NCBI GenBank assembly: GCA_965197865.1
Contig: CBDANZ010000004.1
Span: 113,577 to 177,576, forward strand
Length of the DNA stretch: 64,000 nucleotides
DNA from: Vicinamibacterales bacterium
Lineage (GTDB): Bacteria; Acidobacteriota; Vicinamibacteria; Vicinamibacterales; CAVVIG01
Reading direction: 5' to 3'
In this document: positions 9,931 through 21,000 of the stretch, piece after piece
Layout: each line of letters starts with the position of its first letter
How positions within the stretch are numbered: the first letter of the stretch is position 1
Made by a program: the position numbers and the translations under genes
Notes under the pieces: generated by a model
Told to the model about the DNA's origin: nothing
The model's database searches: none
What the model saw: the letters and a program-made list of their open reading frames with translations, nothing else

Positions 9931-10026
9931 AACCAGAACCACATCGATCCTTGGAACACATGTGCGTCGCGTCATTGTCCTTGCGCCCGCCGTAGACGTG
10001 ATGGTCGGGACGGCCGACCTTGATGC

Positions 10027-10650
10027 CTAATGCACAGTGGTCCACGCGCCCCGCGTCGGCTGCAGCGGTGTGTTCGCCAGCCACTTCGCCCGCAGAACCT
10101 CCGGTGCCTTCTTTTCCGGAAATATCACGCGGTCCCAGGAGAGCGCTGCGTGGCACGGAGTCGCGGCAAGGCGCTCTTCCACGATCCGCAGGGTGGTTTC
10201 CCCCCACTGCCCAGGCTCAAGGTGGTAGGGAACAGCCTTCGCGAAGTCGACCATGATGCCGAGCACGGACCGATCGACCGTCGGACCGACCGCCACCGAG
10301 GCCATTGCCAGAGTCTCGGCGGCGATCGTCCGATCGTCGAGCCCGCAACGTCTCAATCTTGCCTCGACGAGCGCAGCGAGTCGGGCTGGGAGGCCCCGCA
10401 CATTCTGTGCCGGAATCAGCATCGGCAGCAGCGAAGTAGAACTCACCAAGAGGAGAAGCGGCTGCCGATCCACCACAACTCGATTGACGTACCAATCGCC
10501 GAGCGCCGTGTCGGAGCTGGTCGGGATGACCTCCGTTGCCGGCAGCAACGAGTTCAGCTTTCGTGTCGGCCGAAGTATGACCATGTCCCAGTCTAGCTGT
10601 GGTACCTCCGACGTTGCCTCCATGGTCATCTTGAAGCATTGCAACCGCAA
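10027..10650 (-). CDS. hypothetical protein
   Basis: 207-codon ORF (an internal Met at 10629 is a likelier start). No domain I can name. Confidence 0.4.
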   Translation of the reverse strand: MRLQCFKMTMEATSEVPQLDWDMVILRPTRKLNSLLPATEVIPTSSDTALGDWYVNRVVVDRQPLLLLVSSTSLLPMLIPAQNVRGLPARLAALVEARLRRCGLDDRTIAAETLAMASVAVGPTVDRSVLGIMVDFAKAVPYHLEPGQWGETTLRIVEERLAATPCHAALSWDRVIFPEKKAPEVLRAKWLANTPLQPTRGAWTTVH

Positions 10651-10783
10651 TCAGTGGAAACACGATTGTGAAGCCACGTGACCCGAATTGCGGCGGGCGG
10701 CACTGCACCGCCGACGTTTTTGCGGACACCTCGCCCGTCTTATACCCTCTCTTCGCCCAAGTCTTCACCAGCAGCTCCCGCCG

Positions 10784-11050
10784 TCAGCCGGGCGGCACCG
10801 GCAAGGCCCAGATCCGCTGGAGCATCGACCCGAACAGGCGGCGGGTCAGGTGGCTTTCGGCCAGCAGGAGCCAGTAGTAGCAGGCATGTTTCACTAGCCG
10901 CTCACCCGTCTTGACGAGGCGCTGCTGGAGGCTGGTCAGCGACCACGTGTCGATCCACGTCGGGAGCACCAGTCGTCGCCAGAAGTTGCCTAAGGTGTAC
11001 GCGAGCACGCTCAGCTGCAAGCGGGCCTCGTTCGCCGGAACCGGTGGCAC
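10784..11050 (-). pseudogene. IS1380-family transposase, C-terminal fragment
   Basis: ANEARLQLSVLAYTLGNFWRRLVLPTWIDTWSLTSLQQRLVKTGERLVKHACYYWLLLAES resembles the conserved IS1380 C-terminus. The upstream part is missing. Confidence 0.6.
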
Positions 11051-11258
11051 GACGTTCGTGAACCGTGGAGAAATAGTGGAGACAGCGGGAACCTGTTCCC
11101 GACCCGCCTGGCGGCGGGTGCAGGTCCCGCCTCCTCCACAGGACCATGACGGTCACTCCCGCTCGCATAGGACAAGCGAATCGGCCTGACCTTGCACACG
11201 ACGCCTCCGGATGCGACGCACAGGAGCGTGCGGACGATGGCCAAGGCCGAGGCCCTCA

Positions 11259-11473
11259 GTCCAACCATGTGTCGGGTCGTCTCGCAGGGACCTCAAGAGA
11301 TTTCCGCAGCCGGTGCGCCGCGATTTCGGCCTGGCGTTCTATGCAGCGCAGCGGGATGAGACCGATCCGGCGGCGAAGCCCCTGAAAGGCTTCGGTGGGA
11401 CACGCGTCATGGAGATAGTCGATCAGCACGACACCAACACGTACCGCGCGGTGTACACGGCTCAGTTCGACGA
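11259..11473 (+). pseudogene. HigB/RelE-fold (Gp49-like) toxin fragment truncated by IS6
   Basis: VGSSRRDLKRFPQPVRRDFGLAFYAAQRDETDPAAKPLKGFGGTRVMEIVDQHDTNTYRAVYTAQFDEV. No start codon is evident, and the C-terminus is replaced by the IS6 IR at 11474. Confidence 0.6.
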
Positions 11474-12279
11474 GGTATTGTCAGGTTGAGGCGACGAGTG
11501 GCAGAGTAGGCTGATGAGGAGCCAGTCGGCCAGCTATCACGGATATCGATTCCCACCCGACATCATCAGCCACGCGGTCTGGCTCTACTATCGCTTCTGC
11601 CTCAGCTTCCGCGATGCTGAAGATCTCCTCGCGCAACGAGGCGCGACGGTCACCTACGAGACGATTCGGCAGTGGTGCCAGCGGTTCGGTCCGGTCTACG
11701 CTCGGCAGCTGCGGCGCCGGCGCAGTCGGCTGGGAGACACCTGGCATCTCGACGAGGTGTTCGTCACGATCCAGGGTCGCCAGCAGTACTTGTGGCGCGC
11801 CGTGGATGAGGACGGTGACGTCCTGGACCTCCTCGTGCAACCACGACGGAATCGGCACGCCGCGGTGCGATTCTTTCGCAGGTTACTGAAGAACCAGCGG
11901 CACGTGCCGCGACGCCTGATCACCGACAAGCTGCGCAGTTACTCGGCCGCCTGTCGCGCGGTGATGCCATCGGTGCTCCACTGCACCGATCAGTACGCGA
12001 ACAACCGCGCGGAGGTCTCTCATCAACCGACACGACAGCGGGAGCGCCAGATGCGGTGTTTCACGTCGGCCGCTCAGCTCCAACGGTTCGCGTCGGTTCA
12101 CGGTATCGTGCAGAATCTCTTCCGAGTCGGTCGGCACCTCTTGCGGTCAGCTCACCACCGTCTGCTCTGCACCCGCGCGTTCGTTGAATGGGATGCGGTG
12201 ACGTGCGCCTGCTGAGAACGATCGGAGGCATCGATTTCACGGGGCAAGAGCGTGCTGCCCTCAACAAGTTGACAATGCC
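11474..12279 (+). mobile_element. IS6-family IS, type B (~806 bp)
   Basis: Left IR GGTATTGTCAGGTTGAGGCGACG at 11474; degenerate right IR CCCTCAACAAGTTGACAATGCC ending at 12279. No flanking duplication. Confidence 0.75.
11514..12215 (+). CDS. IS6-family transposase, 233 aa
   Basis: YRFPPDIISHAVWLYYRFCLSFRDAEDLL, WHLDEVFVTIQG, ITDKLRSY, NNRAEVSHQPTRQRER. Confidence 0.88.
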   Translation: MRSQSASYHGYRFPPDIISHAVWLYYRFCLSFRDAEDLLAQRGATVTYETIRQWCQRFGPVYARQLRRRRSRLGDTWHLDEVFVTIQGRQQYLWRAVDEDGDVLDLLVQPRRNRHAAVRFFRRLLKNQRHVPRRLITDKLRSYSAACRAVMPSVLHCTDQYANNRAEVSHQPTRQRERQMRCFTSAAQLQRFASVHGIVQNLFRVGRHLLRSAHHRLLCTRAFVEWDAVTCAC

Positions 12280-12286
12280 TCGCGCC

Positions 12287-13279
12287 ATGATCCGGGCGTT
12301 CGCGCTCGTCGCAGCCCTGACCACGCTGCTGGTGGTGCCCGCAGCCGGGCAGCAGCAGGCGCTGCCGTTCGACGACTGGCTGGCGGGTCTGATGGCCGAG
12401 GCGCGCGACCGCGGGTTCAGTGACGCCCTCGTGAACGAGGCGTTTGCTGGCGTCGAGCCACGGGAGCAGGTGATCAGCGAGGACCGCAACCAAGCCGAAG
12501 TGGTGCAGACCCTCGAGCAGTACTACCGGATCCGAGTCTCACCCACGATGGTCGAGCGCGGACGGGCCCTGGCGGCCGAGCACGCGCCGTTGCTCGCGCG
12601 GATCGAAGCCGAGTACGGCGTCCCGCGCCGGTTCATCCTGGCTATTTGGGGCATGGAATCGCAGTTCGGCCGGATCACCGGCGGCGTGCCGGTCTTCCAA
12701 GCGCTGGCGACACTGGCGTGGGACCCGCGGCGGGCGGAGTTCTTCCGGGGCGAGATCTTCGCTGCACTCCGCATCGTGGCCAACGGCGACATCACCGTTC
12801 CAGCCATGACGGGGTCGTGGGCCGGGGCGATGGGTCAGAGCCAGTTTTTGCCGTCGAGCTACCTGCAGCTGGCCGTCGATGCTGACGGCGACGGGCGACG
12901 CGACATTTGGAAATCCACCGCTGACTCGCTCGGGTCGATCGCCAACTACCTGCGCAGTTACGGGTGGCAGCGCGAGTTCACGTGGGGACGCGAGGTGCGG
13001 ACACCCGACGGCCTGGCCGGTACGATCCCGGGCCGCGCCAGCGGCGGGTGCCCCGGCATCCGCCGCATGACCGAGCGTCGGCCACTGGCCGCATGGCAGC
13101 AGCTCGGCGTACGGCGCACGTCCGGCGCCGACCTGCCCCAGGTTGACATCTTCGGCTCGCTGGTAGAGATCTACGGGCGCACGTTCCTCGTCTATGACAA
13201 CTACGACGCGCTGATGCGCTACAACTGCGTCCACCGCTACGCGCTGTCGGTGGCGCTGTTCGCCGAGCGGCTGCGCTAG
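12287..13279 (+). CDS. lytic murein transglycosylase (MltB/SLT_2-like)
   Basis: Signal peptide MIRAFALVAALTTLLVVPAAG, then ILAIWGMESQFG, WAGAMGQSQFLPSSY and DGDGRRDIW. The alternative in-frame ATG at 12275 lies inside the IS6 right IR. Confidence 0.85.
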   Translation: MIRAFALVAALTTLLVVPAAGQQQALPFDDWLAGLMAEARDRGFSDALVNEAFAGVEPREQVISEDRNQAEVVQTLEQYYRIRVSPTMVERGRALAAEHAPLLARIEAEYGVPRRFILAIWGMESQFGRITGGVPVFQALATLAWDPRRAEFFRGEIFAALRIVANGDITVPAMTGSWAGAMGQSQFLPSSYLQLAVDADGDGRRDIWKSTADSLGSIANYLRSYGWQREFTWGREVRTPDGLAGTIPGRASGGCPGIRRMTERRPLAAWQQLGVRRTSGADLPQVDIFGSLVEIYGRTFLVYDNYDALMRYNCVHRYALSVALFAERLR

Positions 13280-13340
13280 AACCCGCAGCGGAGACGCCGG
13301 GCTTGCACAGTCTGGAAGCCGTTGAACCGCGAAGGGGTCG

Positions 13341-13650
13341 ATGTGGCCCGGTGCACAGTTGAGCAGCTTACCGGAGCGCCACGCGCAGGCGTTCGCCGCC
13401 GTGCAGGCGCTCAATCTGAAGGTTGGTCGCGCGTGGGCGGCCATCAAGGAGGCCCTCCGCACGTTGTGGACGTTCTGCCAGGAGGCCGCCGTCTCGCTTC
13501 TTCAGCCGCTGGTACGGCTGGGCCAGGAGGCGGGTCCGGATACTGACGCGACGGAGTCGTGGGGTCAGTCTTGAGCAGATGGTGAAGCAGCTGGCGTCCT
13601 ACCTGCGAGGGTGGCGCGGCTACTTCGGCTTCTGTGAAACCTCGACGGGA
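13341..13650 (+). pseudogene. mobile-element debris: ISL3-like transposase scrap plus a group II intron maturase-like scrap
   Basis: Frame-shifted pieces ..LNLKVGRAWAAIKEALRTLW.. and ..FFSRWYGWARR.., followed by MVKQLASYLRGWRGYFGFCET. No intact ORF. Confidence 0.3.
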
Positions 13651-13819
13651 CTCCGGGGTTGGCAAAGTTCAAAGGCCTCCCCAGACACACCTTCCACCTG
13701 CACCGCAAGGAAACCGAAGGGCGATACAATCATCGCCAAGCCCACACGTATCAGACCCCGCTACGATACCTGCGCGAAAACCCTCTCAACTAGGCAAGAC
13801 CCTTTTGCTCCATATGCCG

Positions 13820-14200
13820 TCACGGGGCCTCCAGTGTCTTGATCAGCGCGACGCCGCCAAGTTGCGCCATCTGGGCACGGATCCAGGACTGGCGGGCCTG
13901 GACGTACGCGGACGGCCGCTCGACATGCAGTACGGCCGGGTTTGGCAGAACCGCCGCCAGCCGTGCCGCTTCATCCGCCTCGAGATCGGCCGGGCGCTTG
14001 CCGAAGAACCGCTCGCTGGCCGCCGTGATGCCGAAGACGCCCACGCCGAACTCGGCCACGTTGAGGTAGACCTCCAAGATACGCCGCTTGCTCCAGGAGA
14101 GTTCGATGAGCACGGTGAGCCAGGCTTCGAGCGCCTTCCGGACGACACTGCGGCCGGGCCACAGAAACAGGTTCTTGACGGTCTGCTGCGAGATCGTGTC
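13820..14200 (-). pseudogene. mtgA: monofunctional peptidoglycan glycosyltransferase (GT51), N-terminally truncated
   Basis: [82 protein letters not shown]. The N-terminal third is missing, and the ORF's upstream end runs into the neighbouring transposase gene. Confidence 0.75.
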
Positions 14201-14216
14201 GGTCTCGAATTCGTCA

Positions 14217-15308
14217 TCAGGCCGCCGCTGGAAGCTGGACCATGCCCCGGCAGTGGGAGATCCAACGCACATGGTTGAATTCGGCACGGGCCGCCGTGCG
14301 TTCGCCCGCGAAGCCTAACGGCGTGTAGCCTTCCAACGACGCATGGCTCCGTGCCGCGTTGTAGTAGGCCTGGAAGTCGGCGAGCTTCCGCTCCAGATCA
14401 CCGGCATTCCAGAACAACACATGATCCAGGAATTCTCGCCGCATCGTCCCGATCAGCCGTTCCACAAAGGGGTGTGACAGGGGCACATGGGGCACCGTCT
14501 TGATTTCGTCGATCTCCAGAAGCCGAAGGTTCGCGGTCCACCGATGCGCCTCGAACAACGGATCATGATCCGTACTGAGATGTCGCGGCGCGCCCCGCCC
14601 ATGAATGGCGGCGTTGAACATGCGGCAGAGGCTGGGGGCATCGACCGGTCCGCGATGCACACCGAATCCCACGAGGCGCCGCGTGAACTGGTCCATGACC
14701 ACGAGCACCCAGTAGCTCTGGAGCACGATGGACGCACAGCGAAAGAGGTCCACGCTCCACAGACTGTCTGTCGTGTGTCCGACGAACGACAACCACGAGG
14801 GCCCGGTTCCGCCCGGGGCTGGACGATAGCGTTTCGCCAGCACGCGGTGCACGACGTTCTTGTCGATGTCGACCCCGAACGTCTGCGAGATGATGCGCGC
14901 AATCCGCGGGCACCCGAATCGAGGATTGCGCGATTTGAGCTCGACGATGGCGCGGATGAGCGACTCGCTCGGCCCCTTTGGGCCCGGCTTCTTCGGTCGC
15001 GCGCTTGAGGAAAACAATCGGCGGTACTTGCCGCGCACCAGCGCCTGATGGAAGGTCAGCAACGTGGACGGGCGCAGTCCGATGGCGACCTTGCGAATCC
15101 GTCCCGGACTCAGAAAAAGCGCCCCGAATCCGCATAGGAGCCGATCGCCCACTCTGAGGTTCAGCGCACGCTGGCGCGAACGGCGCAGCACGATCAGCTG
15201 CTGCTTGAGCAGGAGATTCTCAGCGATGACGGCTCGCACGCCGCCGGGTCCGCAGAGCTTCGCGGCTGTGACGGCCAGGTGAAGCAGGGGGAGCAGGAGA
15301 TCCTTCAT
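14217..15308 (-). CDS. DDE integrase-core (rve) transposase, IS481/IS3-like, 363 aa
   Basis: N-terminal HTH region and C-terminal rve core ([32 protein letters not shown]). Element ends not identified. Confidence 0.8.
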   Translation of the reverse strand: MKDLLLPLLHLAVTAAKLCGPGGVRAVIAENLLLKQQLIVLRRSRQRALNLRVGDRLLCGFGALFLSPGRIRKVAIGLRPSTLLTFHQALVRGKYRRLFSSSARPKKPGPKGPSESLIRAIVELKSRNPRFGCPRIARIISQTFGVDIDKNVVHRVLAKRYRPAPGGTGPSWLSFVGHTTDSLWSVDLFRCASIVLQSYWVLVVMDQFTRRLVGFGVHRGPVDAPSLCRMFNAAIHGRGAPRHLSTDHDPLFEAHRWTANLRLLEIDEIKTVPHVPLSHPFVERLIGTMRREFLDHVLFWNAGDLERKLADFQAYYNAARSHASLEGYTPLGFAGERTAARAEFNHVRWISHCRGMVQLPAAA

Positions 15309-15402
15309 GCGCGAGACAGCGTAGGTCAGAACTCAGGCGCCACGCAATGGTGTCCCAGGCCTCGATTTAGCGACCGAATTCGGAATTCGAGACCCACACG
15401 GT

Positions 15403-15660
15403 ACAATTTCTCGCCACCACCGGGACGCCAGCCTTCGTCGTGCTCAATGCCGTCTCCCCGCACGGCCGCGATGCCGCTCAAGCCGCGGACGCGCTCCACA
15501 CGCTCACCCTGGACGTGTGCCCCGTCCGCGTCGGCCACCGCGTGGCCTTTGCGCGGGCGTTGCTGACCGGCCAAGCCGCCCAGGAATACGACCCTGGCAG
15601 TAAAGCTGCCGCCGAGATTGAACACCTTCACGCGTTCCTTATGAAACGTGTTCACAATCT
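15403..15660 (+). pseudogene. parA: ParA/Soj-type partition ATPase, C-terminal fragment
   Basis: ..FVVLNAVSPHGRDAAQAADALHTLTLDVCPVRVGHRVAFARALLTGQAAQEYDPGSKAAAEIEHLHAFL. The Walker motifs are absent. Confidence 0.6.
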
Positions 15661-15689
15661 CACACCGTCACAATCTGGAGTCCTCGCCA

Positions 15690-15920
15690 ATGACTGACAG
15701 CAAATTCACGGCTGCCCTCAACCGCCGGCAACCCGTGCCAGCCGCCGCGACCAGCGCCGATCGCACCCGCCTGAAACACATCGGCGGGTACTTCGACCCC
15801 CGCACGTCGACGCAGCTGCGCCATCTGGCGGTGACGGAGAACAGCAGCGTTCAAGCGTTGCTGGCGGAAGCGATCGATCTTCTGTTTCAGGCCCGCGGAC
15901 TGGCGCCGCGGGACGAGTAG
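15690..15920 (+). CDS. ribbon-helix-helix (ParG/CopG-like) protein, 76 aa
   Basis: ATG 15690. The C-terminal half IGGYFDPRTSTQLRHLAVTENSSVQALLAEAIDLLF looks RHH-like. Sits directly after the parA remnant. Confidence 0.5.
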   Translation: MTDSKFTAALNRRQPVPAAATSADRTRLKHIGGYFDPRTSTQLRHLAVTENSSVQALLAEAIDLLFQARGLAPRDE

Positions 15921-15977
15921 GCGTCTCTGGCGTAGGTCGTGAGGGACGCGGTAGACTTGCACCTCGAAGGAGAAAGC

Positions 15978-16178
15978 ATGACCCCGGAAATCATTGCCAT
16001 CGTGACGGTGGGTGTCGCGCTCGCGGGCGTGATCCTCACCTCGGCTCGCGGGGTGCGGCAGGACATCAGCGAATTGCGCGGCGAGGTCGGGACACTCCGC
16101 GAACGCATGGCGCACCTGGAAGGGCTGATGGAAGAAGGATTGCGCGAAGCGATCACCCTCCGGGCCAGAGCCAGTTGA
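15978..16178 (+). CDS. small membrane protein, 66 aa
   Basis: GAAGGAG RBS before ATG 15978; one TM helix (IIAIVTVGVALAGVILT) and a coiled-coil tail. Confidence 0.4.
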   Translation: MTPEIIAIVTVGVALAGVILTSARGVRQDISELRGEVGTLRERMAHLEGLMEEGLREAITLRARAS

Positions 16179-16339
16179 CGATGCTGTGTGCCCCGTCCGC
16201 GTCGGCCACCGCGTGGCTTTTGCGCGGGCGCTGCTGACCGGCCGAGCCGCCGATACTGAACACCTTCACGTGTTCGCTATGACACGCGTTCACAGTGTCA
16301 CGCCGTCACGCTCTGCGGCACGTGGTCGAGCTGTGTGAA

Positions 16340-16479
16340 GTGGTGCGCCTCGCGGCGCACCGCACTAGCCCACGCGCTTGACGTTTGCAAGACAGAGAAT
16401 CCGACACGGGATACGACACACCGCGGGGCTTGTCTGACGGCGCCCTGGCCGTTGTGTCGCAAACGACCGTTTACGACAC
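16340..16479 (+). promoter_or_regulatory. res-like recombination site upstream of the resolvase remnant
   Basis: Imperfect palindrome GTGTCGCAAACGACCGTTTACGACAC (16454..16479), preceded by further half-sites (CCGACACGGGATACGACACACC). The ~150-nt block recurs inverted at 48310..48470; its core recurs at 8595..8620. Confidence 0.55.
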
Positions 16480-16605
16480 ATGCTGATCGGCCACGCTCGC
16501 GTCTCGAAGGCAGACGGCTCCCAGTCACTGGACCTACAGCGCGACGCACTGCAGGCCGCGGGCGTCGACGCCGTCAACGTCTACCACGACTTCGCGTCCG
16601 GCGGC
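16480..16605 (+). pseudogene. serine recombinase, first ~42 codons only
   Basis: MLIGHARVSKADGSQSLDLQRDALQAAGVDAVNVYHDFASGG, after which similarity ends. Confidence 0.75.
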
Positions 16606-16726
16606 GGGCCATTGGGCTCTTGGGGGGGTTCGAAGGGGGTGGGCGCAGCGACCAGCCGGCGATTCACATTACGATTCCGAAGGTGATGATGAGCCAGTCG
16701 GCTCACGTTTTTGTTCAGGTTCAGAT

Positions 16727-17971
16727 GTGTCACACATGATTCGCCGCGCATCAACCCGAAGGGGCGTTTGTCTCGGTCTCGCCCTCACGTCCCTACTGCT
16801 TGTGGCCTCGCCCGCGGTCGCTCAGCAGGAGCCGCCACAATCGATCACCCGACTCGGGGGCGCAACCCGCTTCACCGCGCCGGTCAATGACATCAGCGCT
16901 CTCGCCACCACCATGGGCCGGGCAGCGATTCAAGCCGATCTTGCGACGGTGCTCGAGGCTGCTGGCATGCCTGGCGTGATAATGGACGTGCAACACAGGC
17001 TGGCCGTTGGGCAGGTGACGGCGGCGACCCTACCGCAGGGCACGGTCCTCGAGTGGATGGCGCTGCGCCGCGCAGGGCCGGAGGTCGTGCGCAATATTCG
17101 CTGGGACGGGGATGCGCCCCTGCCGGGCTTCGAGTTCACCGTCGACGACCTCAGCGAGACCTACACCTTCTTTGTGCCCGCGATCTGCGGCAACCTGGCG
17201 CTCGTCGGTCGCCAGCCCAGTCTGGAAGCCGCCCGGCGGGCCGAGGTGGCCCGGCTCGACGACGCCCGTGAGGACGCCGCACGCGCGGCTGCCCAAGAGG
17301 CGGCCCGGCTCGCCGCGGAGTACGAGGCTGCCCTGGAGGCCCAGCGTGCGGCGGTGGCGGCGGCTGAGGCCGCGGCGGCCGAGCAGGCGCGCCTCGAGGC
17401 CGAGGAGGCTGGCGAGCAGGCGCGCCTTGCGGCCGAGCAGACGCCGGTTGAGTATTTCGTGGCGCTCGAGCGAGATCTGCGAGTCCGTCCCTTCCTCGCC
17501 GGATTCTTCGGCAAGCAGCAGCGGCAGTATGACGACACCGACTCCGCGGGTCTGGGGCGGCTCCCGCTCGAGGTCCCACGCCTTGTTGACGTCCCGGCGT
17601 TTTTCGACTCGCTGCTCGTTGTCAAGGGGGGCGTCGCGGTGAAGCTGGCCGAGCACGTGGCCTTCGCGCCGGCCGTGGGTGCGGCGGTGAATATCGACGA
17701 CATCGAGCGCACGTCGCTGTTCACCGACGCCGAGATTGACGTCCTGTTCGGACCTGGCGCCTATGTCGGCACTGGCGTGACAGTTCGGGATCTCACGCAC
17801 AGCGACAGCGTCACGGCGGGCGTACTCCTGACCGCGGGGGTTCCCGTGTGGAAGAGTGACGCGAGGATGGACCAACTCCTGTTCGGCGTTGAGTACCGCT
17901 ATCTGTACGCTCCTCTGAGCGACCCCGACGTGAACTATCAGTTCTGGGTTGGGCTGAAATACGTGCCGTAA
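16727..17971 (+). CDS. secreted/outer-membrane-like hypothetical protein with Ala/Glu coiled coil, 414 aa
   Basis: Signal peptide (..LLLVASPAVAQQ), a central AE-rich coiled coil, and a beta-rich C-terminal part ending YQFWVGLKYVP. Confidence 0.55.
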   Translation: MSHMIRRASTRRGVCLGLALTSLLLVASPAVAQQEPPQSITRLGGATRFTAPVNDISALATTMGRAAIQADLATVLEAAGMPGVIMDVQHRLAVGQVTAATLPQGTVLEWMALRRAGPEVVRNIRWDGDAPLPGFEFTVDDLSETYTFFVPAICGNLALVGRQPSLEAARRAEVARLDDAREDAARAAAQEAARLAAEYEAALEAQRAAVAAAEAAAAEQARLEAEEAGEQARLAAEQTPVEYFVALERDLRVRPFLAGFFGKQQRQYDDTDSAGLGRLPLEVPRLVDVPAFFDSLLVVKGGVAVKLAEHVAFAPAVGAAVNIDDIERTSLFTDAEIDVLFGPGAYVGTGVTVRDLTHSDSVTAGVLLTAGVPVWKSDARMDQLLFGVEYRYLYAPLSDPDVNYQFWVGLKYVP

Positions 17972-18086
17972 CTATTTTCGGTATTACGGCTACTCGAACG
18001 CCACACGGTCATGAAAAGCGCGTTAGGCCTGGACATACATCTGTCGAAGAGTCGCTGAGCGGTACACGTACTTCGCGCACGGGACA

Positions 18087-21000
18087 CTAGAACTGCAACG
18101 TGCCGAGCAGCAGGAGCGCGTGGGTCCGCGCGGCGGCAAGGTGTTGTCGGCGTTCCGCCTCCAGGCTCACGGTTGCCGACTGGCCCACCACGAGGCGCCC
18201 TCCGAGGCGGTAGCCTCGCGCAGCCTCGCCGACCAGGCTCAGCCCACCATACGGCGTGAGCACGCTCCGGTCTCGCAAGGCCCCGAAGCCGTACCCAAAC
18301 TCCGCATCGAGACGCGCGCCCGGCGCGCTGTGCAGGTGCGGGTCGGTCGCTCCGCGCTCCCACAGCTGCTGTACGCCGCTCGCACTATCGCCCCAGGTCG
18401 GCATCAGACTCACCGACTGCCCGCGGCCGCCGGCCTTGGGCGCGAAGCGGACCAGCCCGCCGACACCCCATTCGCGCAGCGTGCCCCTGTGGATCAAGAG
18501 CCAGCGGCCGTGGCCCTCGACGGTCAGGCCTGCCTCGGGATTCCGGTGCCGGAGTCCGCCCCCCAGCTCCAGGCCGGCTCCGCTTTCCCCGTCACCGCCG
18601 TCATGGCGCAGGCCCACCTCGCCCCACGGGATCAGCGACGCGCCGGAGGATAATGTGTGTTGGTAGCTGACCTCGGCGCCCATTCGCAACCGCTGCATGT
18701 CCACCGGCGCCGCGTCGAAGGCCGTACTGGCGCGCGCGACGTTCATCTGCGCCAGCGCCCACTCTCCCCTGAGCCGCAACGTCGTCGCCCCGCGGGTAAG
18801 CAGCCGGCCGCTCACACCCACCACACCAGAGTCCAGCGTCGCGGGGCTCGTGAGGACGTTCCCGGCCGCCGCGTCCACGACCCGCAGGTCCCCCCAGGCA
18901 TGACCGACTGTTCCCCACACGTCCAGGTCGGGCAACACCGACCAGGCTAGGTAGGGATGGATGCTGACCAACCCCAACGCGTATGTGCCGCGACCGGCGT
19001 CCAGGTTCCGGCCGCCGCCCTGATAGTCAAATGAGCCCCTCGACCGTGAAAAGGACACTCCGGCAAGGAGGCCGGGGCCGATCCGTGCGTCCGCTCCCGC
19101 GTGCCAACTCGACACGGCGCCGTCCCAGGTAATCCCGCCGCCCCGGCCGCCGCCCCCCAGGTTCTGGTAGTCGGCGCACCACCACGCCGCGAAACGCCCC
19201 TCGCCGTCTTCTTCCTCCTGCGATTGCATCAGGAACAGCGAGTCGTCGAACGCTTGCACCAGCGTCGGCGACTGGACCCCAGGTACCGCCCACTGGCCGG
19301 AGCGAGCCTCTGGTGAGAGCGCAAGGTGGGCGGATAATTCCGTTGACGTGCCCCTGGGGGCGGAACCAGAGAGCACCTGATCGATGCGGCACCTGACCGC
19401 GCTGAACGCCAGCGCCCGGCCAACCTCCGGCAGGACGACATCGTTGACCACCTCGATACGTCGCTCATCGTCGTCGGTGATCGTTCCCGTTGCTGTCCCG
19501 TCCGCGACCGTTGCTCCCGCCGGATCGCGCAGCTGCACCGTGAACCCTTCGGTCTCTTCCGCCGTAGCGTCTTCGAGGGTCGGCACCGCGATGGTCTTGT
19601 TCGTCTCGCCCGCGTCGAAGCGCAGCGTTCCCTCGGTTGCCACGTAGTCGAATCCCGCCGCCGCCGTCCCGTCCATGGTGCGGTACGCGACCGCTACTGC
19701 CGCGCCGCTCGCTGCGCTCAGCCGCACGACGAATTTTGCCGTTTCGCCTTCGCGCACCGCCGGCGCATCGTCAATCGACAGCCCCGGGGGCTCATCGTCG
19801 TCGGTGATCGTTCCCGTTGCTGTCTCGTCCGCGACCGTCGCTCCCGCCGGATCGCGCAGCTGCACCGTGAACCCTTCGGTCTCTTCCGCCGTGGCGTCTT
19901 CGAGGGTCGGCACCGCGATGGTCTTGTTCGTCTCGCCCGCGTCGAAGCGCAGCGTTCCCTCGGTTGCCACGTAGTCGAATCCCGCCGCCGCCGTCCCGTC
20001 CCTCGTCTCGTAGGCGACCGTCACCAACTTGTCGCTCGCTGCGCTCAGCCGCACGACGAATTTTGCCGTTTCGCCTTCGCGCACCGCCGGCGCATCGTCA
20101 ATCGACAGCCCCGGGGGCTCATCGTCGTCGGTGATCGTTCCCGTTGCTGTCTCGTCCGCGACCGTCGCTCCCGCCGGATCGCGCAGCTGCACCGTGAACC
20201 CTTCGGTCTCTTCCGCCGTGGCGTCTTCGAGGGTCGGCACCGCGATGGTCTTGTTCGTCTCGCCCGCGTCGAAGCGCAGCGTTCCCTCGGTTGCCACGTA
20301 GTCGAATCCCGCCGCCGCCGTCCCGTCCCTCGTCTCGTAGGCGACCGTCACCAACTTGTCGCTCGCTGCGCTCAGCCGCACGACGAATTTTGCCGTTTCG
20401 CCTTCGCGCACCGCCGGCGCATCGTCAATCGACAGCCCCGGGGGCTCATCGTCGTCGGTGATCGTTCCCGTTGCTGTCCCGTCCGCGACCGTCGCTCCCG
20501 CCGGATCGCGCAGCTGCACCGTGAACCCTTCGGTCTCTTCCGCCGTGGCGTCTTCGAGGGTCGGCACCGCGATGGTCTTGTTCGTCTCGCCCGCGTCGAA
20601 GCGCAGCGTTCCCTCGGTTGCCACGTAGTCGAATCCCGCCGCCGCCGTCCCGTCCCTCGTCTCGTAGGCGACCGTCACCAACTTGTCGCTCGCTGCGCTC
20701 AGCCGCACGACGAATTTTGCCGTTTCGCCTTCGCGCACCGCCGGCGCATCGTCAATCGACAGCCCCGGGGGCTCATCGTCGTCGGTGATCGTTCCCGTTG
20801 CTGTCCCGTCCGCGACCGTCGCTCCCGCCGGATCGCGCAGCTGCACCGTGAACCCTTCGGTCTCTTCCGCCGTGGCGTCTTCGAGGGTCGGCACCGCGAT
20901 GGTCTTGTTCGTCTCGCCCGCGTCGAAGCGCAGCGTTCCCTCGGTTGCCACGTAGTCGAATCCCGCCGCCGCCGTCCCGTCCATGGTGCGGTACGCGACC

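Noticed and set aside
18003-18033. ~30-nt motif ..ACACGGTCATGAAAAGCGCGTTAGG.. shared with 45852..45882, with a weaker echo near 54100.
   Set aside because: It is short, only about 80% identical, and has no consistent flanking structure or associated gene. It is possibly a scrap of an unidentified repeat, but the evidence is insufficient to call a feature.
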